64,000 bases of DNA, taken from contig CAZIPT010000001.1 of NCBI GenBank assembly GCA_964541375.1, forward strand, positions 14,507 through 78,506, written 5' to 3'. The notes below the pieces were generated by a model that saw only the letters and a list, made by a program, of their open reading frames with translations, searched no databases and was not told the DNA's origin. This DNA comes from an uncultured Eubacteriales bacterium (GTDB taxonomy: Bacteria; Actinomycetota; Coriobacteriia; Anaerosomatales; JAAXUF01). Numbering within the stretch: the first letter of the stretch is position 1; every line of letters starts with the position of its first letter. Shown here one piece after another: positions 34,878 to 43,684 of this stretch. The position numbers were made by a program, and so were the translations under genes.

Positions 34878-36289
34878 GACGACGCAACTCCCTTCGCGCC
34901 CTTGCGCCTAGCTTGGAAGTAGAGCCAGAACCCCACGATCACCGAGATGATCGTGCCCCCAACCGTGATGATGTAGAACGGAACGAGCGGGGTGTCTGGC
35001 GGCGGCGCTATGAAGAACAGCAATAGGGTGCCGAGGATCCCGATCTCGCACAGAACTGCCCACACCATCGCGCCTGTGTCACCCAAGGGAACCTTGTAGG
35101 GCCGCGGCTGATCGGGGTACTTGCGGCGCAGCACGACGAGGCTCGGGAACATCAGAATGTAGGGCAACAGGAATACGACAGAGGACACCGTGAAGATCGA
35201 CCAGAAGATGCCGTCGTTGTTGCCGAACAGTCCGTACGTCGCGATCGTCAGCACCGTAGCGATGCCCCCCATGAGGTAGAACGCGTAGTCCGGCGTGTCG
35301 TTCTTGGGGTGCCGGTGCCCGAAGATGCCGGGCGCGGTCTCGTCCATACCGGTGGCGGCAAGCGACTCGTTCGCGCCAATCGACCACGTCACCATGTTGC
35401 CGAAGAACGAGAAGAGCAGCCCCAAGGTGGCGATGATGAATGCAGGGCCCGCCACGGCTCCAAGCACCGAGTCGAACATCGGCCTGAGCGCGTCGACGAT
35501 TCCGGTTTCGATCTGGATGTCCCCGGCGGGCAAGGCCGCCAGGATGCCGAACGTGGCGAACATGTACAGGAACAGGATCATGGCGCCACCCGCGTAGATC
35601 ATCTTGGGGATGTCACGCTTCGGGTCCTCGATCGAATCACCCAGTGAACTCATGAGCTCGAAGCCCATGAGGCTGTAGACCACTACCGGCAAGTACGCCA
35701 CTGCGTCGAAAGTGAACACCGGCTTCCACGCCGAGAGGGCAAAGGAGTTGGCGACGTTCCCGGTCTTGAAGATGTAGGCGACTCCGGCGAGGCCCAGCAC
35801 CACGAAGATCACGATCTTGACTGCCGCCGAGGAGCTCGGAATCCACTTGGAGTACTTCATCGGCATCACGCCGACGAACACCATCATCCAGATGAGCGCG
35901 ATGACGGCCAGGGCCTGCCCCCACAGTGGCAAGGTGATCCCGAAGGCCGCCTCGGCCGACAGGAGAAACAGCACGAACACGCTGGGAGCCCAAAGCGCCA
36001 CATTGACCCAGTACAGCCAGGCTGTGACGGTGCCCCACATAGGCCCGAAGGCCTCCCGAACCCACACATAGATACCGCCATCGTCAGGCCATGCGGCGCC
36101 GAGTTCGGCGGTCACGAATCCGTACGGCACAAAGAAGAAGACGCCCAGGAGCAGCCAGAACGTGAGTCCCTGGACACCCAAGGCGGCTGACGAACCAACC
36201 GTATCGGCAACGAGAATCGCGGAAACGGCAAAAAGGACCATCGACAGAAGCCCAAACACCTTCTTCTTGGGCTTTGTGACATCGGACAT
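34874..36289 (-). CDS. aguD: APC-superfamily amino acid/polyamine antiporter (putative agmatine:putrescine antiporter, copy 1)
   Basis: Start was moved to ATG 36289 (GAAGGGAG upstream). It is a paralogue of 32293..33738 (FGLLSMVLFAVSAILVADTVGSSAALGV...GGIYVWVREAFG). Confidence 0.7.
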   Translation of the reverse strand: MSDVTKPKKKVFGLLSMVLFAVSAILVADTVGSSAALGVQGLTFWLLLGVFFFVPYGFVTAELGAAWPDDGGIYVWVREAFGPMWGTVTAWLYWVNVALWAPSVFVLFLLSAEAAFGITLPLWGQALAVIALIWMMVFVGVMPMKYSKWIPSSSAAVKIVIFVVLGLAGVAYIFKTGNVANSFALSAWKPVFTFDAVAYLPVVVYSLMGFELMSSLGDSIEDPKRDIPKMIYAGGAMILFLYMFATFGILAALPAGDIQIETGIVDALRPMFDSVLGAVAGPAFIIATLGLLFSFFGNMVTWSIGANESLAATGMDETAPGIFGHRHPKNDTPDYAFYLMGGIATVLTIATYGLFGNNDGIFWSIFTVSSVVFLLPYILMFPSLVVLRRKYPDQPRPYKVPLGDTGAMVWAVLCEIGILGTLLLFFIAPPPDTPLVPFYIITVGGTIISVIVGFWLYFQARRKGAKGVASS

Positions 36290-36318
36290 CTCGGCTCCCT
36301 TCCAGTGCACCTGTGTCG

Positions 36319-37332
36319 CTAGGACAGCAGCGCCTTGCCGATGGGCTGCAGACGCGGATCGGACGGCAGTTCATCGATGCCGATGAGTGCGAGCATGAGC
36401 GCCTTCTGGAAGTGCATGCGATTCTCGGCCTGCGGGAAGATGATCGAGGCTGCTGAGTCGGCGACCTCGTCGGTGACCTCCTCGCCGCGCGCGGCGGGCA
36501 GACAGTGCATGAACTTCGCGCCCGGCTTGGCCTTGGCCATGAGGGCGGCATTGACCTGGAACGGGGTGAACACTCGGATCCGCTCTTCCTTCTCGGCCTC
36601 CTGGCCGGTCCACCACCACTCATCGGTGTAGATGAAGTCGGCCCCCTCGATGGCCTCGAGCGGGTCGTACGTGAGCAGGAACGAGCCGCCACTCTCGTCG
36701 GCGAACTGCTTCGCCTTCTGCTGAAGTTCGGGGGCAACCTCATATCCCTTGGCGTTGCCGATGCGGACGTTGAGTCCGAGCTTGGTCAGCGTCGTGGACA
36801 GCGAGTTGCAGGGATGCGCCGCGTCGCCGAGGTAGGCGAAGGTGACGCCCTCGAGCTTGCCGGCGTGCTCATAGATGGTGAGCGCGTCACTCATCGACTG
36901 CGCGGGGTGCCGGTCGCCGTCCATGCCGTTGATGACCGGGACCGTTGCGTGCTTCGCCAGTTCGTTGACCGTCTCGTTCTTGACCGATCGCATCTCGATC
37001 GCGTCGTTGAAGCGCGAGAGCACGGCCGCAGTGTCACCTATTGTCTCGCGCCCCGGGAGGTGAATCTCACCGGGCCGCAGGTAGAGAGCGTTGCCTCCCA
37101 GCTCGGCGAAACCGTTCTCGAAGCTGACGCGAGTGCGGGTCGATGCAGCCTCGAAGATCATGGCGAGGTGCCGGCCAGGCAGGAACGGCGTCAGACGCAG
37201 TTCGGAGCGCAGCTTCTTGAGGTGAACGGCGAGTACCAGCATGTCCTCGAGCTCCTTGCGGGAGAAGTCGAGGTCGGTGAGGTAGTTGCGGCCGCGCAGG
37301 TACTTCAGATCCGGTAACGTGCTGACGTCCAT
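36319..37332 (-). CDS. ptcA: putrescine carbamoyltransferase (ATCase/OTCase family)
   Basis: Start was moved to ATG 37332 (GGGAGG upstream). The blocks STRTR, HPAQ and HCLPA are present. The ornithine-binding DxxxSMG of OTCases is replaced by YTDEWWWTGQE. The genomic context is the agu operon. Confidence 0.75.
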   Translation of the reverse strand: MDVSTLPDLKYLRGRNYLTDLDFSRKELEDMLVLAVHLKKLRSELRLTPFLPGRHLAMIFEAASTRTRVSFENGFAELGGNALYLRPGEIHLPGRETIGDTAAVLSRFNDAIEMRSVKNETVNELAKHATVPVINGMDGDRHPAQSMSDALTIYEHAGKLEGVTFAYLGDAAHPCNSLSTTLTKLGLNVRIGNAKGYEVAPELQQKAKQFADESGGSFLLTYDPLEAIEGADFIYTDEWWWTGQEAEKEERIRVFTPFQVNAALMAKAKPGAKFMHCLPAARGEEVTDEVADSAASIIFPQAENRMHFQKALMLALIGIDELPSDPRLQPIGKALLS

Positions 37333-37421
37333 TAAGAACCTCCCTGCTCCGGCACCGCACTGTGCGGTGCTCACTTCACTACACCGACCACCGCCGTGGC
37401 GCCGGATCTCAACCTCATGGA

Positions 37422-38363
37422 TCAGTCCACGGACTCGCAGTCGGGGACGATGCTCGTGCCTGCCGTCCCGGCGACGATCGCCTCGATGTCTTCAAGCTTG
37501 CCAATGGCGGCGCGATGTCCCGTTGCGCGGACGAACCGCACAGCAGCCTCGACCTTGGGCCCCATCGAACCGGCAGCGAACTCATAACGCGACAGCTCCT
37601 CGGGAGTCGTGCACGTGATGAGTCTCTGCTCCGGCGTTCCCCAGTTCGCGAACACTCCCTCGGCGTCGGTAGCCATGACGAAGAGGTCGGCGCCTACCTC
37701 GCGCGCAAGTAGCTCGCTCGCAAAGTCCTTGTCTATGACGGCCTCGGCCCCCACGAGCGTACGAGTCCCGTCAGGCAAGTACGCCGTCGGTATTCCGCCG
37801 CCGCCGGTGCAGATCACGACGGTCTCAGTCGCGATCAGATCCTTGATCGGAGCGAGTTCGAAGATCTGCTTCGGTTCTGGCGAGGCAACCACACGGCGAG
37901 GCTTGTCGCCGTCCAGCTTGAAGACCCAGCCCTTCTCGGCAGCGAGCTTCTCGGCGGCCTCCGGCTCATAGAGCGGGCCGACGAACTTCGTCGGATCGTC
38001 GAATGCGGGGTCTTCCGGATCGACTTCGATCATCGTGAGGATGGTCGCGAGCTGCTTCTCGAACGGCAGCAGGTTACCGAGTTCCTGCTCGATCATGTAG
38101 CCGATCATGCCCTCGGTCTGCGCGCCGAGAACATCCAGCGGATACGGCTCCACGTGCTCCGCGTATGCAGCTGACTGAAGTGCAAGGAGGCCCACTTGGG
38201 GGCCGTTACCGTGTGCAAGGACAAGGTTATGCTGCTCGGCTATTGGCGCGAGTGCCTTCGCAGCGATGCGAACGTTGTTGCGCTGCACGTCGGCAGTCAT
38301 CGGCTCAGAGCGGCGCAGGAGCGCGTTACCGCCGAGGGCCACGACGATTGTCTTGTCCAGCAT
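37422..38363 (-). CDS. arcC: carbamate kinase
   Basis: The blocks [20 protein letters not shown] and ICTGGGGIP are present. SD GGGGGAAG is present. It is the first gene of the agu operon. Confidence 0.9.
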   Translation of the reverse strand: MLDKTIVVALGGNALLRRSEPMTADVQRNNVRIAAKALAPIAEQHNLVLAHGNGPQVGLLALQSAAYAEHVEPYPLDVLGAQTEGMIGYMIEQELGNLLPFEKQLATILTMIEVDPEDPAFDDPTKFVGPLYEPEAAEKLAAEKGWVFKLDGDKPRRVVASPEPKQIFELAPIKDLIATETVVICTGGGGIPTAYLPDGTRTLVGAEAVIDKDFASELLAREVGADLFVMATDAEGVFANWGTPEQRLITCTTPEELSRYEFAAGSMGPKVEAAVRFVRATGHRAAIGKLEDIEAIVAGTAGTSIVPDCESVD

Positions 38364-38693
38364 CTGCTTCCCCCATCAGCCGCTCCATACATAGTGAGTC
38401 TGTACCCCCGCCACCCCGCAATCTTCTCTGCGCAGCCGGTCGATCCTGGGGCGCCACGGCTTCTCGGCGCTGAGTCGCTCGACGGCCCCAGATTCGCACG
38501 GGGCCGGCCCTCTACGGCGCTAGCCGAGCATGTCCTGCGATGACTAGATCGGTGGGGATACCTCACGGAGAGCCGCGCGACGCCTCTGAGTGAAGGCGAC
38601 GTTGCTGCTCAGTTCCGCAAGAGCTTGCCGTAAGGAGACACCGCGATCCCGGCACCTCTAATGAAGTGACCGGGACCGCGTTTGACCAGCTCG

Positions 38694-38786
38694 TGGCGGA
38701 GAGGGAGGGATTCGAACCCTCGTAACGGGGGATACCCGCTAAACAGTTTTCGAGACTGCCGCATTCAACCACTCTGCCACCTCTCC
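38694..38786 (-). tRNA. tRNA-Ser (anticodon CGA), CCA encoded
   Basis: GGAGAGG...CCTCTCC forms the acceptor stem. The anticodon arm is GCAGT-CTCGAAA-ACTGT. A long variable arm and the T-arm GGGTTCGAATCCC are present. Confidence 0.9.
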
Positions 38787-38830
38787 GCGAGGGTGCAGCA
38801 CTCCCTACAGCGCGGGAGCGGCAGGTACGG

Positions 38831-38859
38831 AGTATAGCGAGGTGCGACTGCGCGGGCAA
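38831..38859 (-). promoter_or_regulatory. promoter TTGCCC-N17-TATACT of tRNA-Ser(CGA)
   Basis: The hexamers are read on the minus strand. The -10 lies about 45 nt upstream of the mature 5' end. The architecture matches that upstream of the other tRNA-Ser. Confidence 0.55.
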
Positions 38860-38945
38860 CGCGAGCCCAACACGCTCGGCCCGACGCACCGGCCCGGCTC
38901 TACAATGGCAGCATGATGGCGTCGCGCATCTGACAGGAGCCCGCC

Positions 38946-39884
38946 TTGCGAAGTCGTCCGACGAGAACTGGTGCGGCCTGCACGCTCCTGGCGTTGCTGG
39001 TGTGCTCCGCCGTCGTCCTCAATGGTTGCGTCTCGGCGATCGGCCCCGCAGGCACCCTCCCGGCGCAACTCCCGTCGACCGGCACCGTCGAGGCGCAGGT
39101 AGCGACTCCGCCGGCCCCCGCGAAGCCGAAGGTCGCGACCAAGAAGCCCAAGACCCCCAGGCCTTCCTCGGCAGGCACCGGGACTGCGGGGCTCAGCAAC
39201 AGCCTTCTCGCCTGGAACTTCCAGCGCAACTCGAAGCACGCGGTGCCGGCGATTCCGTCGGAGGCCCGGCGGCTCGCCAAGCGGTACGGCGCGATGTACG
39301 TGGGCCCCGACCCCAAGCTCGTCTACCTCACGTTCGACGAAGGCTACGAGAACGGCAACACGCCCAAGATCCTCGACGCGCTCAAACGAAACGACGTCCA
39401 CGCCACCTTCTTTGTCACCGGCGAGTTCTGCCGAGAAGCCCCAAAGCTCTGCCGTCGGATGCTCGCCGAGGGCCACGTGGTCGGCAACCACTCCAACACG
39501 CACCCCTCGATGCCAAGCGTGACGTCGGACCGAAAGCGTTTCGAAGCGCAGTTCAGTAAGACCGATGCGTCATTCAAGAAGGCGACCGGCGAGCCCATCG
39601 CACGCCTCTTCCGGCCCCCGATGGGTGAGTACAGTGCGAAGTCGCTCGCGATGACCGAGCAGCTTGGCTACACCACCGCGTTCTGGAGCTTCGCGCACGT
39701 GGACTACAACGAGAAGAGCCAGCCTCCCGTCTCCACCACGGTCTCGCGCGTGCTTGCAGGCAGCCATCCCGGCGCCATCTACCTGCTCCACGGAATGTCG
39801 ACCAGCGACACCGGCGCGCTCGACGAGATAATCAAGGGGCTGCGCTCGCAGGGCTATCAATTCGGGACGCTCGAGCCGCGCTAG
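38946..39884 (+). CDS. polysaccharide deacetylase (NodB/PdaA-like) lipoprotein
   Basis: The TTG start follows AGGAG. The lipobox signal is ...LLALLVCSAVVLNGC. NodB motifs are present: LTFDEGYENGNT, HATFFVTG and GHVVGNHSNTHP. Confidence 0.8.
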   Translation: MRSRPTRTGAACTLLALLVCSAVVLNGCVSAIGPAGTLPAQLPSTGTVEAQVATPPAPAKPKVATKKPKTPRPSSAGTGTAGLSNSLLAWNFQRNSKHAVPAIPSEARRLAKRYGAMYVGPDPKLVYLTFDEGYENGNTPKILDALKRNDVHATFFVTGEFCREAPKLCRRMLAEGHVVGNHSNTHPSMPSVTSDRKRFEAQFSKTDASFKKATGEPIARLFRPPMGEYSAKSLAMTEQLGYTTAFWSFAHVDYNEKSQPPVSTTVSRVLAGSHPGAIYLLHGMSTSDTGALDEIIKGLRSQGYQFGTLEPR

Positions 39885-40555
39885 CTGGGTCCGCCCGCGG
39901 CTGACTCGCGCTGCTGCAGGAAGCGCTCGGTCCCAACCAGCGCCAGAGAGAGCGCCACCTCGCCCGCGTTGCTCACGAGAAACCCGGCCACGCTGATGGG
40001 AACTGCGGCCGCGATGAACATCACGATTCCGCCAACCAGCATCCACGGCCAGCCCGCTCGGCGATACACAACGTAGCCGGCGGCGATGACCGCGGCGACC
40101 ATCACCAGCGCGGGAATGGGAGGCCCCGGGAACCCGCCGCCGTTGGTGTAGTAGAAGAGGTCACCCTGCGTCACGGGCTCGAACTTCAGCAGGATGACGG
40201 CCTTCAAGAATCCGAGCGCGGCCATCGCCAGGTACAGAGCCCACTCGGCTATGAAGGAGCCGCGGCCCTGAAGCTTGGGAGCCCCGACGCGCCGAGCGTA
40301 CTCGAACGCGGTCAGGATCCAGATCGGCGTGAGCAGCGCGTGACCGACAAAGCGCGGCCAGGAAAGCGCGACCAGTAGCGGGCCGTCACCGATCATCGCG
40401 CCCAGGGCGACCACTGCGTTGTCCCAGACCAGGAGCGCGATAGGCAGCGCGACGGTGAACGCGCCGAGCGAACGACGTCGGGCGAACAGCGCGATAGCCC
40501 AGGCCGCCAAAGCGAACTGCGCGAGTGCGAATCCTATGTAGGCGGCGGTCAGCAT
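39881..40555 (-). CDS. membrane protein, function unknown
   Basis: Start was moved to ATG 40555. The long Arg/Ser/Ala-rich N-terminal extension in the track ORF overlaps the divergent gene. The protein has six to seven hydrophobic helices. The SD is weak. Confidence 0.5.
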   Translation of the reverse strand: MLTAAYIGFALAQFALAAWAIALFARRRSLGAFTVALPIALLVWDNAVVALGAMIGDGPLLVALSWPRFVGHALLTPIWILTAFEYARRVGAPKLQGRGSFIAEWALYLAMAALGFLKAVILLKFEPVTQGDLFYYTNGGGFPGPPIPALVMVAAVIAAGYVVYRRAGWPWMLVGGIVMFIAAAVPISVAGFLVSNAGEVALSLALVGTERFLQQRESAAGGPS

Positions 40556-40730
40556 GTTGCTGCCGTTTGTATCACACCGAATGCCGCGACCGTAGCGTGC
40601 GTCGACCTCGGCTGGCGCGTGTGTACAATGGCGAGCAGATTCGCCGCGACTCGCCGAAAAGCCCCGAGTCGTCGAGTCAGCGCTGCTAGAGCGCACAGCG
40701 GCGCTCCTTTCACTCCCGAAAGGGTCGTGG

Positions 40731-42491
40731 GTGACCGAACCTGCCGACATATCGCCGCCACCGGGGTCCGCCGTAGTCGGCGCGCCGACCACCCGTCGCC
40801 CTCCCGTGCTGAGACCTCCTCGGCAACGCAAGCAGCGGCCGGCACGAGGCGGCTGGCTGCTCTCGGCAATCGTCGTCGTCGCGATCGTCATCGCTGCTGC
40901 GCTCGCAGGCGAGCTGCTCGTCGTCCGCCGCGCGGCAGACTCCGTGACGCGTCCGCTCGCCGAGGGCAGACCGGCCGAGGCGCGCGCCGCGTGGCAGCGG
41001 CAGGCCGCACTCCCCTCGCCGCTCCGATCGCGCGTCGACGCGCGGGTCCGGGGACGGCTCGCTCGGACCGCCACCGCGTTCGCCGAGGCAGGCTCCCGAG
41101 GTCCGGTCGCGGCCGACGACCCCGCCCTGCTGGCCGTCCGCGAGTTCCCCGCCGATACCACGCCGTCCCTCGCAAGCGCCTACGACTCCGCCGTCTCGCG
41201 CTTCGCCACCGACGCCTCCGCGACGGCCGGGCCCGCCGGCCGTCTCGCCTCCGCACTCGCGACCGCGGGCCTGGGCGACCTCCCGGCCATCCGCACCACC
41301 TCCGCCCGACTCGCGCGCATAGCCGACAGCCGCGCGGCCTTCTTGCGCGCACGGGCGCTCGAGGACAAGCCCTACCAGTCGCTCGCAGCCGCCAAGCAGT
41401 ACTCCCTAGTGATCGCCGAGGACACCGCGGTTTACTCGGCAGCGCAGAGCCGGATCCCGGTGCTCAAGAAGAAGGCGGCTTCCGAGCTGGTCGAGTACAA
41501 GGGGCCGGTGCGGCACATCTTCACGCACGTGCTGATCGCGTTTCCGGAGGTGGCGTACAAGACGCCGCCGCTCGTTGCGGCATCGACCGACGAGGACCAC
41601 ATCACGCCGCTCGAACTCAAGCGGATGCTCAAGCAGCTCTACGACAACGGCTACGTGCTGGTCGACATCAACAGCCTCTACCGCGTTGAGGGCACGGGTG
41701 CCTCGGCGAAGGTCGTGCGAACCAAGCTGCTGCTGCCTCCGGGCAAGAAGCCGCTGGTCTACTCGGTGGACGACGTTCGCTACGACCCGCGCACACAGCG
41801 CAACGGCTTCGTCGACAGACTGATTGTCGACGACAAGGGGCAGATCGCGAGCTTCACGAGCGCCTGGCACGCCGGAGCCAAGAGCGACGTGATCTCGACC
41901 GACAACGAGGTCTTCCCGATTGTCGAGCAGTTCATCGCCGAGCACCCCGACTTCTCGTTCAACGGCGCGCGCGGCACGCTGGCGATGACCGGCTACGCGA
42001 GCCTGTTCGGGTATCGGACCGACCGGCTCAACACCGCCGACCGCGCCAGCGAGATCGCCAAGGCGAAGGTCGTGGCCGATCGGCTCAAGGAGCTCGGCTG
42101 GACCTTCGCGAGCCACGGCTACGCGCACCTGCACACGGTCGCCGTCACCGACGAGAAGCTGCGAAGCGACTCGCAGAAGTGGGTCGCGGAGACTCAGAAC
42201 GTCGTCGGGCCGACGGCGGTCTACATCTGGCCGTTCGGCAACGCGCCGGCGACTTCGTCATCCAAGCGGCGTCTGCTCACTGACGAGTTCGGGTTCCGTA
42301 TGTTTGGCGGCGTCGACACAGCGGGAGCCCTGGTCTTCGAGGGCGACTCAGTGCGACTCGACCGCAAGCCGGTCGACGGCCTTTCGCTGCGCGCCTTCCG
42401 CGCGCGCTACGCGGACCTGTTCGATACCGCCGCGATCTTCGACTCGGAGGTCCGCGCGAAGCTCAATCCTGCGGCAGGCGGAGTGCGGTAG
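40731..42491 (+). CDS. membrane-anchored protein with C-terminal polysaccharide-deacetylase-like domain (putative)
   Basis: The GTG start follows GAAAGGG. There is one TM helix (WLLSAIVVVAIVIAAALAG). The C-terminal blocks HIFTHVLIAFPE, LKQLYDNGYVLVDINSLY and FASHGYAH resemble a deacetylase subfamily I remember from Firmicutes. This family call is uncertain. Confidence 0.5.
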   Translation: MTEPADISPPPGSAVVGAPTTRRPPVLRPPRQRKQRPARGGWLLSAIVVVAIVIAAALAGELLVVRRAADSVTRPLAEGRPAEARAAWQRQAALPSPLRSRVDARVRGRLARTATAFAEAGSRGPVAADDPALLAVREFPADTTPSLASAYDSAVSRFATDASATAGPAGRLASALATAGLGDLPAIRTTSARLARIADSRAAFLRARALEDKPYQSLAAAKQYSLVIAEDTAVYSAAQSRIPVLKKKAASELVEYKGPVRHIFTHVLIAFPEVAYKTPPLVAASTDEDHITPLELKRMLKQLYDNGYVLVDINSLYRVEGTGASAKVVRTKLLLPPGKKPLVYSVDDVRYDPRTQRNGFVDRLIVDDKGQIASFTSAWHAGAKSDVISTDNEVFPIVEQFIAEHPDFSFNGARGTLAMTGYASLFGYRTDRLNTADRASEIAKAKVVADRLKELGWTFASHGYAHLHTVAVTDEKLRSDSQKWVAETQNVVGPTAVYIWPFGNAPATSSSKRRLLTDEFGFRMFGGVDTAGALVFEGDSVRLDRKPVDGLSLRAFRARYADLFDTAAIFDSEVRAKLNPAAGGVR

Positions 42492-42512
42492 CCGGTCCTG
42501 AGACGCAAGAAC

Positions 42513-42538
42513 GCCGCGGCCGAACGTCGGCTCGCGGC
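42513..42538. terminator. stem-loop between the deacetylase-like gene and the 3' end of tRNA-Ser(GGA)
   Basis: GCCGCGGCCGA-ACG-UCGGCUCGCGGC forms 11 bp with one bulge. On the minus strand it is followed by GUUCUUGCG. Confidence 0.45.
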
Positions 42539-42594
42539 GAACGTGGTCGCGGCTGGATGCCGCATTCTCGGCGCAGATGCACCGGGCGATTCAG

Positions 42595-42687
42595 TGGCGG
42601 AGAGCCAGGGATTCGAACCCTGGGTACGGTTTAAAGCCGCACACACGATTTCCAGTCGTGCACCTTCAGCCTCTCGGTCAGCTCTCC
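42595..42687 (-). tRNA. tRNA-Ser (anticodon GGA), CCA encoded
   Basis: GGAGAGC...GCTCTCC forms the acceptor stem. The anticodon arm is CACGA-CTGGAAA-TCGTG. A long variable arm and the T-arm GGGTTCGAATCCC are present. Confidence 0.9.
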
Positions 42688-42734
42688 GTGCGAACCCCGG
42701 CTTGCCGTCAGCTGGCTCCGTGGAACGCTTTGGC

Positions 42735-42763
42735 AGTATAGCGACCTGCACGCACTGCGGCAA
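42735..42763 (-). promoter_or_regulatory. promoter TTGCCG-N17-TATACT of tRNA-Ser(GGA)
   Basis: The hexamers are read on the minus strand. The -10 lies about 48 nt upstream of the mature 5' end. Confidence 0.55.
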
Positions 42764-42816
42764 CGACAGCCGAGAGTGGGTATGCTTGCCACAAGAACCA
42801 TCCGAGCGGGGGGCCG

Positions 42817-43599
42817 ATGAAAGCCACTGACGAACTACGACACGCCGAGGACACGGCCGCGCACATGGTTGTACGTGGTAATAGGGTCTTTCGCGGTGAC
42901 CGCTACTTGCTGGTCTTCATACTGATTCTGCTTACCGTGCTCTCGTCGGCGTTCATGGGCGATGGCTCATGGGGGCTCATCCTCACACTGGTGCTCCAGA
43001 CAGCGACCCTTCTCGTTGCGCTCCGCACCTCAGATGCGGGCCCGAAGTCGCAGCTCCTGGCCGCGATCGTCGCCACACTTACGCTGGTTGGAGTCACCCT
43101 CGCCCTGGTCACGGGCAACGAGCGCGTCGCCCACCTGGCGTACGGGGCGTCCATGGTGGTTCTGGTCGCGGTCACGCCGGTTGCCATCGTAAGGCGCCTC
43201 GTTTCGCATCCGACTGTCAACATCACCACCATTACTGGCGCCGCCAACATCTACCTGCTTTTTGGGCTCTTCTGGGCGTCCGTATACACCTTCATCGGCG
43301 CGGTCACTCACGTGGGCGCGCAGACGCCCGCTGAGGCGTTCTTCATCTCTGCCACGGGACGCACGCCGATCGCCAGCGACTTCATCTACTACAGCTACAC
43401 GACCCTGACCACCGTCGGCTACGGCGATCTGACCTCGGTCTCGCAGCTCGGACGCATGATCTCGATCACCGAGGCGCTGGTGGGACAGCTGTACTTGGTG
43501 ATCGTGGTATCGGTGTTGGTGGCCAACGTGGGCAGAATCCGACCGGTCAAGAGGGCCGAGGAGGAGGCCGAGGCGACTCAGGCCGCCTCCGCCGAGTAG
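42817..43599 (+). CDS. potassium channel family protein (pore loop TTVGYGD)
   Basis: The selectivity filter YYSYTTLTTVGYGDLTS is flanked by TM helices. Additional TM helices lie at the N-terminus. The ATG follows a GGGGGG run. Confidence 0.8.
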   Translation: MKATDELRHAEDTAAHMVVRGNRVFRGDRYLLVFILILLTVLSSAFMGDGSWGLILTLVLQTATLLVALRTSDAGPKSQLLAAIVATLTLVGVTLALVTGNERVAHLAYGASMVVLVAVTPVAIVRRLVSHPTVNITTITGAANIYLLFGLFWASVYTFIGAVTHVGAQTPAEAFFISATGRTPIASDFIYYSYTTLTTVGYGDLTSVSQLGRMISITEALVGQLYLVIVVSVLVANVGRIRPVKRAEEEAEATQAASAE

Positions 43600-43629
43600 A
43601 CCGCGCTCCTCTCGCCATACGCTGACGCA

Positions 43630-43658
43630 GAGACGGGCCGAGATTCTCGGCCCGTCTC
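43630..43658. terminator. bidirectional stem-loop between convergent genes
   Basis: GAGACGGGCCGAG-AUU-CUCGGCCCGUCUC is a perfect 13-bp stem. There is no clear U-tract. Confidence 0.55.
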
Positions 43659-43684
43659 GAGTTCCATCGCTGTTCCTGCGGGAA

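Noticed and set aside
36319-37332. Calling this gene ornithine carbamoyltransferase (argF/arcB), which would make the cluster an arginine deiminase operon.
   Set aside because: No arginine deiminase gene is present, whereas an agmatine deiminase is. In addition, the OTC ornithine-binding SMG loop is replaced by WWWTG. Putrescine carbamoyltransferase fits better.
38563-38889. Track ORFs 38563..38889 and 42407..42763 (minus strand).
   Set aside because: Both are read straight through the tRNA-Ser genes (38694-38786 and 42595-42687), so they are not coding.
40556-41161. Long N-terminal extensions appear on several track ORFs. Examples are 39881..41161, 52622..54850, 53690..57001, 16984..20025, 30465..32363 and 51165..53003.
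   Set aside because: The extensions are Arg/Ala/Ser-rich, overlap neighbouring or divergent genes, and lack SD sites. In each case an internal ATG or GTG with a good SD coincides with the start of the recognisable domain, signal peptide or first TM helix.
38694-42687. A possible genomic island integrated at, or between, the two tRNA-Ser genes. The adjacent agu operon was considered as part of such an island.
   Set aside because: I could find no integrase, recombinase or transposase, and no direct repeat of a tRNA 3' end. The region also shows no obvious compositional break.
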